Source: an uncultured Verrucomicrobiae bacterium (GTDB lineage Bacteria > Verrucomicrobiota > Verrucomicrobiia > Chthoniobacterales > JAATET01). From it: a stretch of DNA of 64,000 nucleotides. Shown here one piece after another: positions 19,735-31,400 of the stretch. A program made the translations under genes and the position numbers. The DNA is taken from positions 576,001-640,000 of the forward strand of contig CAVRCI010000013.1 in the NCBI GenBank assembly GCA_963719495.1, written 5' to 3'. The notes below the pieces were generated by a model. That model worked only from the letters and a program-made list of their open reading frames with translations, was not told the DNA's origin and did not search any database. Position 1 is the stretch's first letter; every line of letters begins with the position of its first letter.

Positions 19735-19793
19735 TCAAATGGGTTCCAGCCCTCAATGGGCTGGATAAAGTTGAGTTGGTGGGAATCTTCATT

Positions 19794-22028
19794 TTAGCGG
19801 CGGAACGGGTTTCTCGGAGCGCGACGCGGCGCGTCGCCCCCCGAATTCGAATCGTTTCCACCACCAGAATTGAAGAAATCTAAGAGGCCGCGGCGCTCGT
19901 TCGAGCGTTCCGTCACGCGGCCCTGGTCATCGGGTTCTTCCCGAATACTTGGTTCGGCGGCTCGGGTCGGTCCCTCGCTCACCTGCGACGGACCGGCTCC
20001 GGTCGCGACCTCTTCGGCCGCGCCCGTCGTGGCGGCCGGGATGTCCCGGCCAAAATCGATCCCGTCGATCTGCACGAAGTTGCCGACCGCGGGTTCGATC
20101 GGCTCGAGCTTCACCTCCAGCTCACCGGCCTCCAGCGCCATCGCTTCGTCCAAAATTCTCGCCGCCACGGGGCCGGCCACGCCGCCGCCGGACTTCGCGC
20201 CCTGGACCAGCACGCAGACCGCGTACTTCGGATCGTCGTAGGGCGCAAACGCGATGAACCACGTGTGGTTGTCCTTCACGACAGCACCAGCGCTTGTCTT
20301 CCGCAAATTCTGAGCCGTTCCGGTTTTGCCCGCGACCTCGGCCCGCTCGAGGCGCGCCTTCCGAGCCGTGCCGCCGGATTCGTTGACGACCTTCCACATG
20401 CCTTTGCGGATGTGTTCGATGTCGGCCGGTTCGAGCCCTCCTTCCTTGAGTAGATCCGACCGCACTTGCGACGGATCCTGCACAACGATGCTGCCGTCTT
20501 GCGCGACGACCTTGTCGACGATGCGGGGGTAAAAGACGGTGCCGCCATTGGCCAGCGCCGCCGTGACCATCGCCATCTGCAGAGGCGAGGCCAGCACGAA
20601 GCCCTGGCCAATCGAAACGTTCGCCGTGTAGCCGGGCCGCCACGTGTCGCGGGGGTATTTCTCCGCCAGCCACTCCTTGCCGGGCAGAATGCCCGGGCTT
20701 TCACCCGAAAGCGGGAGCCCACTATTCTGCCCGAGGCCAAGCATGTTGCCGACCGCGACGATCTCGTCGATCCCGGCGACGTTGCCGCCGAGGTAGTAGT
20801 AGGCATTGCACGAGTTCTTGATCGCGCCCTCTAGGTCGAGCGTGCCGTGCGAGCCTTTGCCCGAGATCCAGCACTTCATGTAGGTATTGCCGTAGCTGAC
20901 ACCGCCCGAGCACGTGAACCGCCGATCGCCGACCCCGGCCCTCAGCATCGCGAGTGACGTGACGACCTTGTAGGTCGATCCCGGCGCGTAGCTGTTGATC
21001 GCGCGGTTGAGTAGCGGCGAGGTCTCGTCGCTCGTCAGTTCGCCCCAGTCTTTCGACGAGATCGAGGGGATGAAGCGGTTCGGATCGAAGGACGGCACCG
21101 AGGCCATCGCGAGGACGTCGCCGTTGTTCGGATCGACCACGACGGCTGCCGCGCGGCCCGCGGCCCGCAGCGTGTCTTCGACGATGTATTGGAGCCGGGC
21201 GTCGATGGTGAGGTAGACGTTGTCGCCCTGCTTCGGCTCGACGAGCTCGACGTCGTCCTCGAGGATCTGGCCCTTGGCGTCCTTCTGCAGGATGCGCGCG
21301 CCGGCGGTGCCCCTCAGATATTTGTCCATCGCCTTTTCGATCTGGACCTTCCCCTCGATGTCGGGTTGGTAAAAATTGTATTTCGCCGCCTCGTTCTGAT
21401 CGACGTCCCGCTCGGCTCCGACGTAGCCGAGGATGTGCGCGGCGAGGGATTTGTAGGGGTAGAAGCGCACGGGTTTTACGTCGGCTTTGAGTCCGGGGAG
21501 GCCGAGGTTGCTTTCCAGCAATTTCGCCATCGAGTCGAAGTCGAGGTCCTGCGCGTAGTTGAACGGGATGAGCGTGTCGTTGCGGTAATGCACCTGCATC
21601 CGCTCGGCATTGTAGTTCTGCTCGACCTTCAGCTCGCTGAGTCGCGGAATGATCATCGTGTTGACGATCTCGGCGATGTCGATCTCGTCGCGTTCCTGCG
21701 CCATGCCACGCACGGTGAGTCGGCGCTTTTCCTGGCGGAGCGGAGCGCTGCCGTGCTCCTGGCGGTAAGCGCGGACGATGTCGGGGAGGTAGAAATCGAT
21801 CTCGAAGCTCTTCCGGTTCTCGACCAGCGGCACGCCGTTGCGGTCCATGATTTCTCCGCGCACCGCCGGCAGCCGCACCGACACGCGGGAACCGCCCTGG
21901 ACCTTCGCGGTGTAAAAATCCCCGCGCGCGATCTGCACCCACCAGAGCCGGCCCACGATGGCCCCCAGGCAGGCGACCGTGATGATCGCCAGCGTCAGAA
22001 CCCGGAAAATCGGCGCGCCTTTCTTCAC
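19794..22028 (-). CDS. mrdA: Penicillin-binding protein 2
   Basis: RGEIMDRNG, STYK, SCN and KTGT; follows mreBCD; GTG start. Confidence 0.9.
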   Translation of the reverse strand: MKKGAPIFRVLTLAIITVACLGAIVGRLWWVQIARGDFYTAKVQGGSRVSVRLPAVRGEIMDRNGVPLVENRKSFEIDFYLPDIVRAYRQEHGSAPLRQEKRRLTVRGMAQERDEIDIAEIVNTMIIPRLSELKVEQNYNAERMQVHYRNDTLIPFNYAQDLDFDSMAKLLESNLGLPGLKADVKPVRFYPYKSLAAHILGYVGAERDVDQNEAAKYNFYQPDIEGKVQIEKAMDKYLRGTAGARILQKDAKGQILEDDVELVEPKQGDNVYLTIDARLQYIVEDTLRAAGRAAAVVVDPNNGDVLAMASVPSFDPNRFIPSISSKDWGELTSDETSPLLNRAINSYAPGSTYKVVTSLAMLRAGVGDRRFTCSGGVSYGNTYMKCWISGKGSHGTLDLEGAIKNSCNAYYYLGGNVAGIDEIVAVGNMLGLGQNSGLPLSGESPGILPGKEWLAEKYPRDTWRPGYTANVSIGQGFVLASPLQMAMVTAALANGGTVFYPRIVDKVVAQDGSIVVQDPSQVRSDLLKEGGLEPADIEHIRKGMWKVVNESGGTARKARLERAEVAGKTGTAQNLRKTSAGAVVKDNHTWFIAFAPYDDPKYAVCVLVQGAKSGGGVAGPVAARILDEAMALEAGELEVKLEPIEPAVGNFVQIDGIDFGRDIPAATTGAAEEVATGAGPSQVSEGPTRAAEPSIREEPDDQGRVTERSNERRGLLDFFNSGGGNDSNSGGDAPRRAPRNPFRR

Positions 22029-22029
22029 G

Positions 22030-22590
22030 TCAATACCCCCGCCCCCGCTCGGCCCGGCCGGGCAATTCGATCCGCCCCACGGCGAACCCGACCACGAAAT
22101 ACAGCATCGGCGCCAGCAGCAACGCCACCACCCCGGGCCCGACGATCCGCCAGAACACGACGTCGTTGTAAATGAACCCACCCTCGTCGAAGCGGCGCAA
22201 CGAGATGGCGAAAAATTGCAGCAGCAGAATCACGGAAGTCGACAGCCCACTCATGCCCGCGTGGATTTCCCAATGACCCCGCAAAACGAGGGGGCGCAAC
22301 CCCTGACAAATCGATCCAATCGCGACATAAACGAGGATAGACCACCCGACCGGGATTTCAACCGCGTCGCCGAGCACCTGCAGATTCGCCAAATCGCTGA
22401 GCAACCCGGCGAACAACGCGAACCCCAGCATCGCGGGGAAGGGCAGCGTGAGCGCTCCGTAACAGAAGACCAACGGCACGAGCAGCACCCGCGCCCCCAG
22501 GAACATGTCCATCGGCGGAATCAGTTCCTGCAGCACCAACGCCGCGAAGACCGCCACCAGCAGGCACGCCGTCAGGATCGCGACCTTCAT
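22030..22590 (-). CDS. mreD: Rod shape-determining protein MreD
   Basis: Multi-TM protein with AGLLSD between mreC and mrdA; ATGA overlap with mreC. Confidence 0.75.
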   Translation of the reverse strand: MKVAILTACLLVAVFAALVLQELIPPMDMFLGARVLLVPLVFCYGALTLPFPAMLGFALFAGLLSDLANLQVLGDAVEIPVGWSILVYVAIGSICQGLRPLVLRGHWEIHAGMSGLSTSVILLLQFFAISLRRFDEGGFIYNDVVFWRIVGPGVVALLLAPMLYFVVGFAVGRIELPGRAERGRGY

Positions 22591-23393
22591 TCCTGCGTCC
22601 CCACGATCACGAACACGTCGCCGAGCGTCGAGAAATCCACGGACGGCTTCACCAACGCCTGACCGTCCAGCTCGCGCGGCTCGAAGGAAAGCACCGTTCC
22701 CACCAGCAATCCCGGTGGGAAGACCGCGCCGACGCCCTGCGTGTAAATCTTCTGCTCGGGCTGCAGGTTTGCCTTCTTCGACAGGAAGTTCATCTGCAGC
22801 TTCCCGTCCGCCGAGGATTGCACCCGCTCGCCGTTCACGATGCCTTTTTCCCGCGTGCCCTCGACGTAAGCCCCGAGCTTGCAATTCTCGTCGGTGATCA
22901 GCAGCACGATCGCCTCGTTCTTCGAGACCGTCATCGTCTTGCCGACGAGGCCCTGGTCCGTGATGACCGTCCGCTCGGCCTCGACGCCGTCCTCGAACCC
23001 CCGGTTGATCTTGATCGTCTGCCACCAAGTCGAGGCGTCGCGCGAGATCACCTGCGCGGCGACGAGGCGGAAGAGTGAGCGCTGACGGTAATCCAGCGCG
23101 ACGCGCAGCCGGTTGTTGTCGGCCTCCATGTCGCGGAGGATCGTGTTCGTGGCGCGGAGTTCCTTGTTCTCGCGGACGAGCGTCGTGTTTTCATCCTCGA
23201 GTTCGTCCAGAGTCTTGAGCCCCTGGCCCATCGCGCCGAGCCCCTCCTGCACCGCGCTGCCGGTCTTCAAAAATGGCGAGACGACCGAGAGAAAAGCCGA
23301 CTGCATTCCCTGCATCGCATCCGTCGTGAGCGCCATGAAGGCGCCGCCGACCAGCAACACGATCACGGCCAGCGCGATGTTGATTTTCTTCAC
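22587..23393 (-). CDS. mreC: Rod shape-determining protein MreC
   Basis: TM helix + coiled coil, INRG, GLVGK and FPPGLLVG. Confidence 0.92.
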   Translation of the reverse strand: MKKINIALAVIVLLVGGAFMALTTDAMQGMQSAFLSVVSPFLKTGSAVQEGLGAMGQGLKTLDELEDENTTLVRENKELRATNTILRDMEADNNRLRVALDYRQRSLFRLVAAQVISRDASTWWQTIKINRGFEDGVEAERTVITDQGLVGKTMTVSKNEAIVLLITDENCKLGAYVEGTREKGIVNGERVQSSADGKLQMNFLSKKANLQPEQKIYTQGVGAVFPPGLLVGTVLSFEPRELDGQALVKPSVDFSTLGDVFVIVGTQE

Positions 23394-23473
23394 GACTCGA
23401 CCCTCCCGCTCGGAAGATGGTAGGGCAGCCGCGCCGCGGGTGCCGTCGCCTTCGACGCCTCAGCCACCACGGG

Positions 23474-24523
23474 TCAGAGATTGACCGCCGTGTGCACCCG
23501 TTCGGTCGAGGCAATCGAGCGCAGCAATTTCAACTCCTGGAGTGCCTTGCCGGTCCCTTCGGCAACGGCGCTCAGCGGATCCTCGGCCACGTGCACCGGC
23601 AGACCCGTCTCCTCGGCCAACAAACGGTCCAAACCGCGGAGCAAAGCTCCGCCACCGGCGAGCACCAACCCGCGGTCGACGAGATCGGCGGAAAGCTCCG
23701 GCGGACAACGCTCGAGCGTGATCCGCACGCTGTCGACGATGGTCGAAATCGGCTCCATCATCGCCTCGCGCACTTCCTGCGAAGTGATCGTGATCGTCTT
23801 CGGCAGACCGGCGACGAGATCGCGGCCTTTCACTTCCATCGAGACTTCCTTCTCCAGCTTGTAGGCCGATCCGATCTTGATCTTGATGTCCTCGGCCGTC
23901 CGCTCGCCGATCATCAGATTGTAGGCCCGCTTCATGTACTGCGAAATGGCCTCGTCCAGTTCGTCGCCGGCGACCCGCACGCTGCGGCTGAAGACGATGC
24001 CCGACAGCGAAATGAGCGCGACCTCGGTCGTGCCACCGCCGATGTCGATGATCATGTTGCCCGCGGCGTCGAGGACGGGCAATCCCGTCCCGATCGCCGC
24101 CGCCATCGGCTCCTCGATGAGATAAACCTCCCGGGCTCCGGCGTGCGTGGCCGAATCCTTGACCGCCCGTTTTTCGACCTCCGTGATGCCGCTCGGCACC
24201 GCGATGACGACGCGGGGACGGACCATCCGACGACGGTTGTGAACCTTGCTGATGAAGTGCCGGAGCATCGCCTCGGTCACCTCGAAATCGGCGATCACGC
24301 CATCCTTGAGCGGCCGAATCGCGACGATGTTGCCGGGCGTGCGGCCCAGCATCCGCTTGGCCTCCTCGCCGACGGCCAGCACCTTGTTCGTGCCGGCCTG
24401 CACCGCGACCACCGAGGGCTCGCGGAGGACAATGCCGTGGTCTTTGACGTAAACGAGGGTGTTGGCCGTGCCGAGATCGATACCGATATCGTTGGAGAAG
24501 AACCCGAGGAGCTTGTCGAACAT
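23474..24523 (-). CDS. mreB: Rod shape-determining protein MreB
   Basis: [21 protein letters not shown] and DIGGGTTE. Confidence 0.97.
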   Translation of the reverse strand: MFDKLLGFFSNDIGIDLGTANTLVYVKDHGIVLREPSVVAVQAGTNKVLAVGEEAKRMLGRTPGNIVAIRPLKDGVIADFEVTEAMLRHFISKVHNRRRMVRPRVVIAVPSGITEVEKRAVKDSATHAGAREVYLIEEPMAAAIGTGLPVLDAAGNMIIDIGGGTTEVALISLSGIVFSRSVRVAGDELDEAISQYMKRAYNLMIGERTAEDIKIKIGSAYKLEKEVSMEVKGRDLVAGLPKTITITSQEVREAMMEPISTIVDSVRITLERCPPELSADLVDRGLVLAGGGALLRGLDRLLAEETGLPVHVAEDPLSAVAEGTGKALQELKLLRSIASTERVHTAVNL

Positions 24524-24650
24524 CTGATTTGAGAAATTTAAAGAGTTGAGGAGGAAGCGCGCGACCCTGCGTCACCGGTCGGCGTAAGAGAATCCCCCAT
24601 TTGGAACCGCGACACTAGGAACCCCCATTTCAAACAGTCAAGGCAAGATC

Positions 24651-24909
24651 AGTCGGAAGGTCCCAAGTCGAAAGGTCCGGAGTGAATCGCTGGTGAGATC
24701 GGTTGGAACGCTCTGAGCCGCAAAAAGCCGCAAAAAGGCGCAAAAAGCTCAGAAAAACTTCGAGGACCGGAACCTTCCAGGTGCCGAATTCCGGCAATCC
24801 GGGCGAGGCCAGGGAGCCGCTCGCTCGAGGAGCGGCGACCTCCCGCTCGCCGACCCAACCCGGCCCCAGCCGGGCACTCCCGACCTTCGACTTTCGGACC
24901 TTCTCGACC

Positions 24910-24912
<3 letters not shown>
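24651..24912. repeat. Composite intergenic repeat: GAAGGTC arm, phased A-tracts, REPs, GACCTTC arm
   Basis: GTCGGAAGGTCCCAAGTCGAAAGGTCC ... G(C/G)CGCAAAAA x3 ... CGACCTTCGACTTTCGGACCTTCTCGACCTT. Confidence 0.7.
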
Positions 24913-26835
<1,923 letters not shown>

Positions 26836-26846
<11 letters not shown>

Positions 26847-27582
26847 GCAACGGAAGGTCGGGCATCTCACGGATCAAATCAACCAGCCCCCGCTGCCACC
26901 GCTCCCGGATCTCACGAAGCCACGCGTCGTTCTCGTGCAGCACGGCCCGCCGCCCGACCGTCAGACTCCCCGTCTGGTAGGAAAAAACCTCGAAGGGCGT
27001 CCCGACCGACACGTTGCTCTTCGCCGTCGCGTCCAGGGACAGGATTCCATACCGCACCGCCTCGGCCAGCGGCGTGTCGAAGTTGAACCCCCGGTCCAGA
27101 ATCGGCTTCCCGTATTTCGCCTCCCCGATCTGCAAAAACGGCGCCTCCCGGCTCGCGTGAATCGCGTTCCCGGGCGAATAAACCCGGAAGATCTGCGGCG
27201 GCTGCCGCCCGATCTGCCCGCCCACCAGAAAGTTCATCGAGGACGACACCCCATCCTCCTCGAGCCAGCTCCCCGGCGTCTTCCGCACCTCCCTCATCTG
27301 TTCGCCGATGTAGCGCACCGTGTCGAAGAGGTTGTCCTGATTCAGCAGACACGGCCGCGTCCCCTCCGGCCCCGACTCCCCGATGTCCTGCTCGATCAGC
27401 TGCACCGTCGATTGCGTGAGCGACAGATTGCCCGAACTCAGAATGCAGATCACCCGATCCTCCGTCCGATGGTAGATCCGCATCTTCGGATGCACGGTGA
27501 TGTTGTCCACCCCGGCACTCGTTCGGGAATCCGAGAGAAAGACGATCCCCTCCCGGCAAAGCAGGCTCAAACAATAGGTCAT
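26836..27582 (-). CDS. anbu: Anbu proteasome-type Ntn peptidase
   Basis: MTYC N-terminal Thr, DSRTSAGVD, GNLSLTQ, QIGEAKYGKPILDR and SNVSVG. Confidence 0.88.
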
Positions 27583-28019
27583 GGCTCGTCCACGACGCGC
27601 GCGTCCGCCTGCTTGATCGGGCGCGACCCACGGGCCACCCGTTCGTGGTGCGTGATCAGCCGCATCTTCCCGTCACTCGACCGGAAGAACGAACTCAACA
27701 GCCAGCTCACGATGCTCACGATGATCGCTCCGAAGAAAGCCGACCAAAATCCCGAGACCTCGAATCCCGGGATCACCGACGAAACGAGCAGAAGCAGCAA
27801 CGCATTCAGCACAAAAATGAACAACCCCATCGTCGCGATGATGAACGGCAGACTCAGCAGCAGCAGCACCGGCCGCACCAGCGCGTTGATGATTCCCAAC
27901 AACAACGAGGCGCCCAGAAGCACCCCCACCGACCCGCCGAAGCTGATCCCCTCGATCACCCCGGCCGCACACATCACCGCCACCGCAGTAATCATCCAGC
28001 GAATCAAAAAAGCACTCAT
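27579..28019 (-). CDS. 4-TM phage-holin-family (YvlD-like) membrane protein
   Basis: LLGIINALVRPVLLLLSLP, GLFIFVLNA and GFWSAFFGAII. Confidence 0.85.
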   Translation of the reverse strand: MSAFLIRWMITAVAVMCAAGVIEGISFGGSVGVLLGASLLLGIINALVRPVLLLLSLPFIIATMGLFIFVLNALLLLLVSSVIPGFEVSGFWSAFFGAIIVSIVSWLLSSFFRSSDGKMRLITHHERVARGSRPIKQADARVVDEP

Positions 28020-28062
28020 ACCGAACAACCTAGAAACCTCGCGCAGTTTTTGAAAATTTATT

Positions 28063-28092
28063 TTGCAATCAAGTCGCGGATCTAACTATCTC
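28063..28092 (+). promoter_or_regulatory. Sigma70-like promoter (likely leaderless)
   Basis: TTGCAA-18 bp-TATCTC, 7 nt before ATG 28100. Confidence 0.45.
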
Positions 28093-28099
28093 CACCACC

Positions 28100-28507
28100 A
28101 TGCCCAAGCCGAAAAAGACCGAGTCCGCCAAACCCGTCAAACCCGCGCCCACGAAGACCGCGCCCGCCGCGAAGAAGAGCACCGCGGCCAGAAAGCTCGA
28201 CGAGGCCAAAGCCGCCCTCACCGCCGTGAAAGCCGCCGTCGTCGACGCGATCCCGACCACCTCCGCCAGGGCGAAAAAGCCCGCCCAGCCCGCGAAAACC
28301 AAGCCAACCACCGCTCCAGCCACGGCCGCGAAGAAACCAGCCGCCACCAAGAGCAGGAAAGAGAAGCTCCCGGTCGCCCACATCACCAACGAAGACATCG
28401 GCCTGCGCGCCTACTACATCGGCGAGCACCGCCAGGCCCACGGACTCGAAGGCGACTCCGCCACCGACTGGATCGAAGCCGAACGCCAACTCCGCGCCGA
28501 AGGGTAA
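28100..28507 (+). CDS. Lys/Ala/Pro-rich histone-H1-like protein with C-terminal DUF2934 domain
   Basis: Low-complexity KPA repeats; EDIGLRAYYIGE..G...DWIEAERQL. Confidence 0.8.
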   Translation: MPKPKKTESAKPVKPAPTKTAPAAKKSTAARKLDEAKAALTAVKAAVVDAIPTTSARAKKPAQPAKTKPTTAPATAAKKPAATKSRKEKLPVAHITNEDIGLRAYYIGEHRQAHGLEGDSATDWIEAERQLRAEG

Positions 28508-28537
28508 GGAGGGGCGGAAGGTCAATCCAGCCGCTGG

Positions 28538-28712
28538 GGGGGAGCGCACGCGTCCCGCGTGCGAGGTGCGGCGTCCCGCCGCACCACCCGGCAAGTCGAG
28601 CCAAGCGAGAGAGCCGAATCCAAGGAACGGCCACCCCCCGCGCGCCGACCCAACCCAATCCGGCACCAGCCGGACACTTTGAATGCGCCGAGGGTCGAGG
28701 AGTCGAGGGACG
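28538..28712. repeat. REP family C copy plus short GTCGAGG arm
   Basis: GGAGCGCACGCGTCCCGCGTGCGAGGTGCGGCGTCCC is near-identical to 35217-35262; CCGGACACTTT also occurs at 35349. Confidence 0.7.
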
Positions 28713-28826
28713 AGTGATGATCACACAACTCACACGCCGCGGCTCAACACCAGGGCCCCCCCATCCCCAATACCCATCCCCAATACGATTGACGTCCGAG
28801 CCGTCACCCCTTATTGGCAAAGCAAC

Positions 28827-29537
28827 GTGGAAAATCATCGCCTCACGACCTCACGACTCCCCGCAAAGCTCGCCGGCCCGGTGGTGCTCGTTCTCACCGT
28901 CCTCCTGATTGCCGGCTGCGACGACTCGCCGCCAGCGTCACCCGAGGCCACGCCACCCCCCGTTCCTTCGACGCCGGCGACGCCGGCCGCTCCGGTCGAT
29001 CCCGCCGCACCCGCCACCCCGAGCCCGATCGCGACACCGCCGCCCACCCCTGCCGCCGGGCAGGCCGACGCCGACGCACCCGCCGCGGACCCAATCGACA
29101 TGTACGATCTCGATTACGACGAGGAGAACGACCGCTTCCTCGTCGTCGGCACGCGGACCGGCTACACCGGCCCCGTCTATTCCGTCTACGACGACGGAAC
29201 CAAGGAGGAAGTCGGCGCGCTTAAGGACGGCGTCGAGAACGGACCGTGGGTCAGCTACTACGAAGACGGGACCAAAGAAAGCGAAGGAACCTACGTCGCC
29301 GGCCTCGAAGACGGCCCCTGGAGCTACTTCTACGAGAACGGCCAGCTCGAATCCAGCGGACTCTACGACAATGGATCACTCGTCGGTCGGTGGACCGGCT
29401 TTTTCGACAATGGAAAGATCGACTCCGACGGCATCTACGTCGACGGACTGATGGACGGCGAATGGAAATTTTACGACCAGGCCACCGGCGAGGAGCGCGT
29501 CCTCACGTTCAACCAAGGTCGGGAGACCGGACGCTGA
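28827..29537 (+). CDS. MORN-variant repeat (YwqK-like) lipoprotein
   Basis: Lipobox IAGC, Pro/Ala linker, repeats YYEDGTKESEG..G.EDGPW. Confidence 0.75.
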   Translation: MENHRLTTSRLPAKLAGPVVLVLTVLLIAGCDDSPPASPEATPPPVPSTPATPAAPVDPAAPATPSPIATPPPTPAAGQADADAPAADPIDMYDLDYDEENDRFLVVGTRTGYTGPVYSVYDDGTKEEVGALKDGVENGPWVSYYEDGTKESEGTYVAGLEDGPWSYFYENGQLESSGLYDNGSLVGRWTGFFDNGKIDSDGIYVDGLMDGEWKFYDQATGEERVLTFNQGRETGR

Positions 29538-29559
29538 CCTCCGCGCTCGCCGAGCCATC

Positions 29560-31227
29560 GTGAGCGTCCGTCCGCCTCGTCCGCAGCGCCACGTCCTGCG
29601 CCCGATTCCGCTACTGGCCACCGCGCTCCTGCTCGCATCGGGTGCTCTGGCGCAATCGACCGATCCGATTCCGCTCGAACCAGACTTCGATTCCGTTCCT
29701 TCCGACAACGCCCCGATCACGCTCGAAGAGGATCTCGCTGCCCCGGCTCCGCCACCCGGCGACGGAGCTTCCCAAGTCGATCCGGCCGCGGAGGGCGAAA
29801 CCGATATCCCGGATGACTTGGGATCCCTGGACGCCCTTCCCAGCGAACCCTTCACAACCCTGCCGGGACCGGAATTTGGCATCCCGGGCTCCGATGCCGG
29901 TGCCGAGGAACTCACGGCGCCGAGCCCGCTCGATCCCGTCCCCGCTCGCGCGGCCCGATCGTTCGCACCGGACAGACCCAATCCGCCCGCGGCCGACGAG
30001 AGCCAGCCTTTCGTCGACGCCGACGAGGAGAGCACAGCCGCCGTCGCCGCGGCGAATGCCGCCGACCTCTTTCGGATGGACGGGGCGAAGATCCGGATCG
30101 CCGGCGTCGACCTCCGCTTCAGCCTCGATACGCGCTTCACCTACAACGACAACATCCTCACCACCGAATCGGATCCCATTGCGGACGTCGTCAGCTTCGT
30201 CACCCCGGGTTTGCTCGTTGGAATCGGTGATTTTCAGGACCAGCGGCTGAATTATTTCCTCCTTCAATATCAGCCGACCCTCCAGAACTACGCCGACAAC
30301 TCCGAACTCAACGCGGTCGATCAATTTTTCACCATCGGCGCGCTCTACGGACTCAGCCGGTTCACGGTCTCTCCCTCGTTTCGCTACATTCAGCAGACCG
30401 ACACCGACGACGAGATCGGGCGACGAAACGAACGAACCACGACCATCGCGAGCCTCGCGACGACTTACGCCCTCTCGGGGAAAACCGCGCTTCAGAGCGA
30501 GCTCTCCGCCGCCTACTACGAAAGCGAGCTGGGCGTGAACAACACGGTCTACTCCGGCAGCCTGTTCCTCGCGTATGCCCTCACGGGCCGGACGGAGTTA
30601 TCGATCGGCTCGACCGTCGGCTACGTCGACGTCGAAAACGGCGATTATCAGACCTTCGAGACACTCACCGCCCGGATCGGCTACTCGGGGTTCGACAAGA
30701 TCGAATTCCTCTTCACCGCCGGGGCGGAAGCCCGGCAGAGCACTTCCAACCAGATCACCCAGTCGATCGTCGCGACCGACGATCCACTCGTGCCCTTCGA
30801 GTTCCGTCAGGAGACGAACACGGAAACATCGGGCACGATCACGCCAATCTTCGAACTCGGTGCCACCTACCGGCCTTTTCAGGAGACCTCGATCACCCTC
30901 ACAGCTTACCGGCGGCAGCAGGCCTCGTCGTTTCAGGCGGGGCAGGTGATCGACCAGACTGGTCTCCGCCTCGACGCTTCGCACCGCGTCTATCGTCAGT
31001 TTTCCCTCGCCCTCCTCGCTTCCTACGAACTGAGCGAGTACACGTTTCGATCCTCAAACGATCGCCAGGACAACGTCGTCGTCTTTCAGCCTCGGATTCG
31101 GTATGACTTCAACGACGACGATTACAGCGTTTCTCTTTTCTACACCTACCGGGAGAACCAATCGACCATTTCCAGCGTTTCGTACGTCAACTCGATCCTC
31201 GGGATGGAGTTCAACTTCGATTTCTAA
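29560..31227 (+). CDS. Outer-membrane beta-barrel, exopolysaccharide-associated
   Basis: Signal peptide, YNDNI motif, alternating beta-strands, terminal FNFDF; upstream of wcaJ. Confidence 0.72.
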   Translation: MSVRPPRPQRHVLRPIPLLATALLLASGALAQSTDPIPLEPDFDSVPSDNAPITLEEDLAAPAPPPGDGASQVDPAAEGETDIPDDLGSLDALPSEPFTTLPGPEFGIPGSDAGAEELTAPSPLDPVPARAARSFAPDRPNPPAADESQPFVDADEESTAAVAAANAADLFRMDGAKIRIAGVDLRFSLDTRFTYNDNILTTESDPIADVVSFVTPGLLVGIGDFQDQRLNYFLLQYQPTLQNYADNSELNAVDQFFTIGALYGLSRFTVSPSFRYIQQTDTDDEIGRRNERTTTIASLATTYALSGKTALQSELSAAYYESELGVNNTVYSGSLFLAYALTGRTELSIGSTVGYVDVENGDYQTFETLTARIGYSGFDKIEFLFTAGAEARQSTSNQITQSIVATDDPLVPFEFRQETNTETSGTITPIFELGATYRPFQETSITLTAYRRQQASSFQAGQVIDQTGLRLDASHRVYRQFSLALLASYELSEYTFRSSNDRQDNVVVFQPRIRYDFNDDDYSVSLFYTYRENQSTISSVSYVNSILGMEFNFDF

Positions 31228-31400
31228 CGGCGGCCCGCCGCTCTCGGCCGAGGTTCTCAAGCGGTTTCTCGGGCCTCATTTGCGATCCTAACCGTTTCCT
31301 GTTGCCGCCGTGTGAGGAAATAGGGACCATCCAAACACGCTATGAGAAGGAATCCGATGGTTGATCATCTGCCCTCCACGGCACGCCGGACCTTCGAATC

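Noticed and set aside
17815..19797. Long antisense ORFs (also 2520-4610, 38204-40186, 44061-46001, 50633-52951)
   Set aside because: Shadow frames of well-supported genes in high-GC DNA
27579..28019. Prophage suggested by the holin-family gene
   Set aside because: The YvlD-like family is commonly chromosomal, and no phage genes are nearby
28827..29537. Toxin-antitoxin system from the YwqK-like label
   Set aside because: Only MORN-variant repeats in a lipoprotein, with no adjacent toxin
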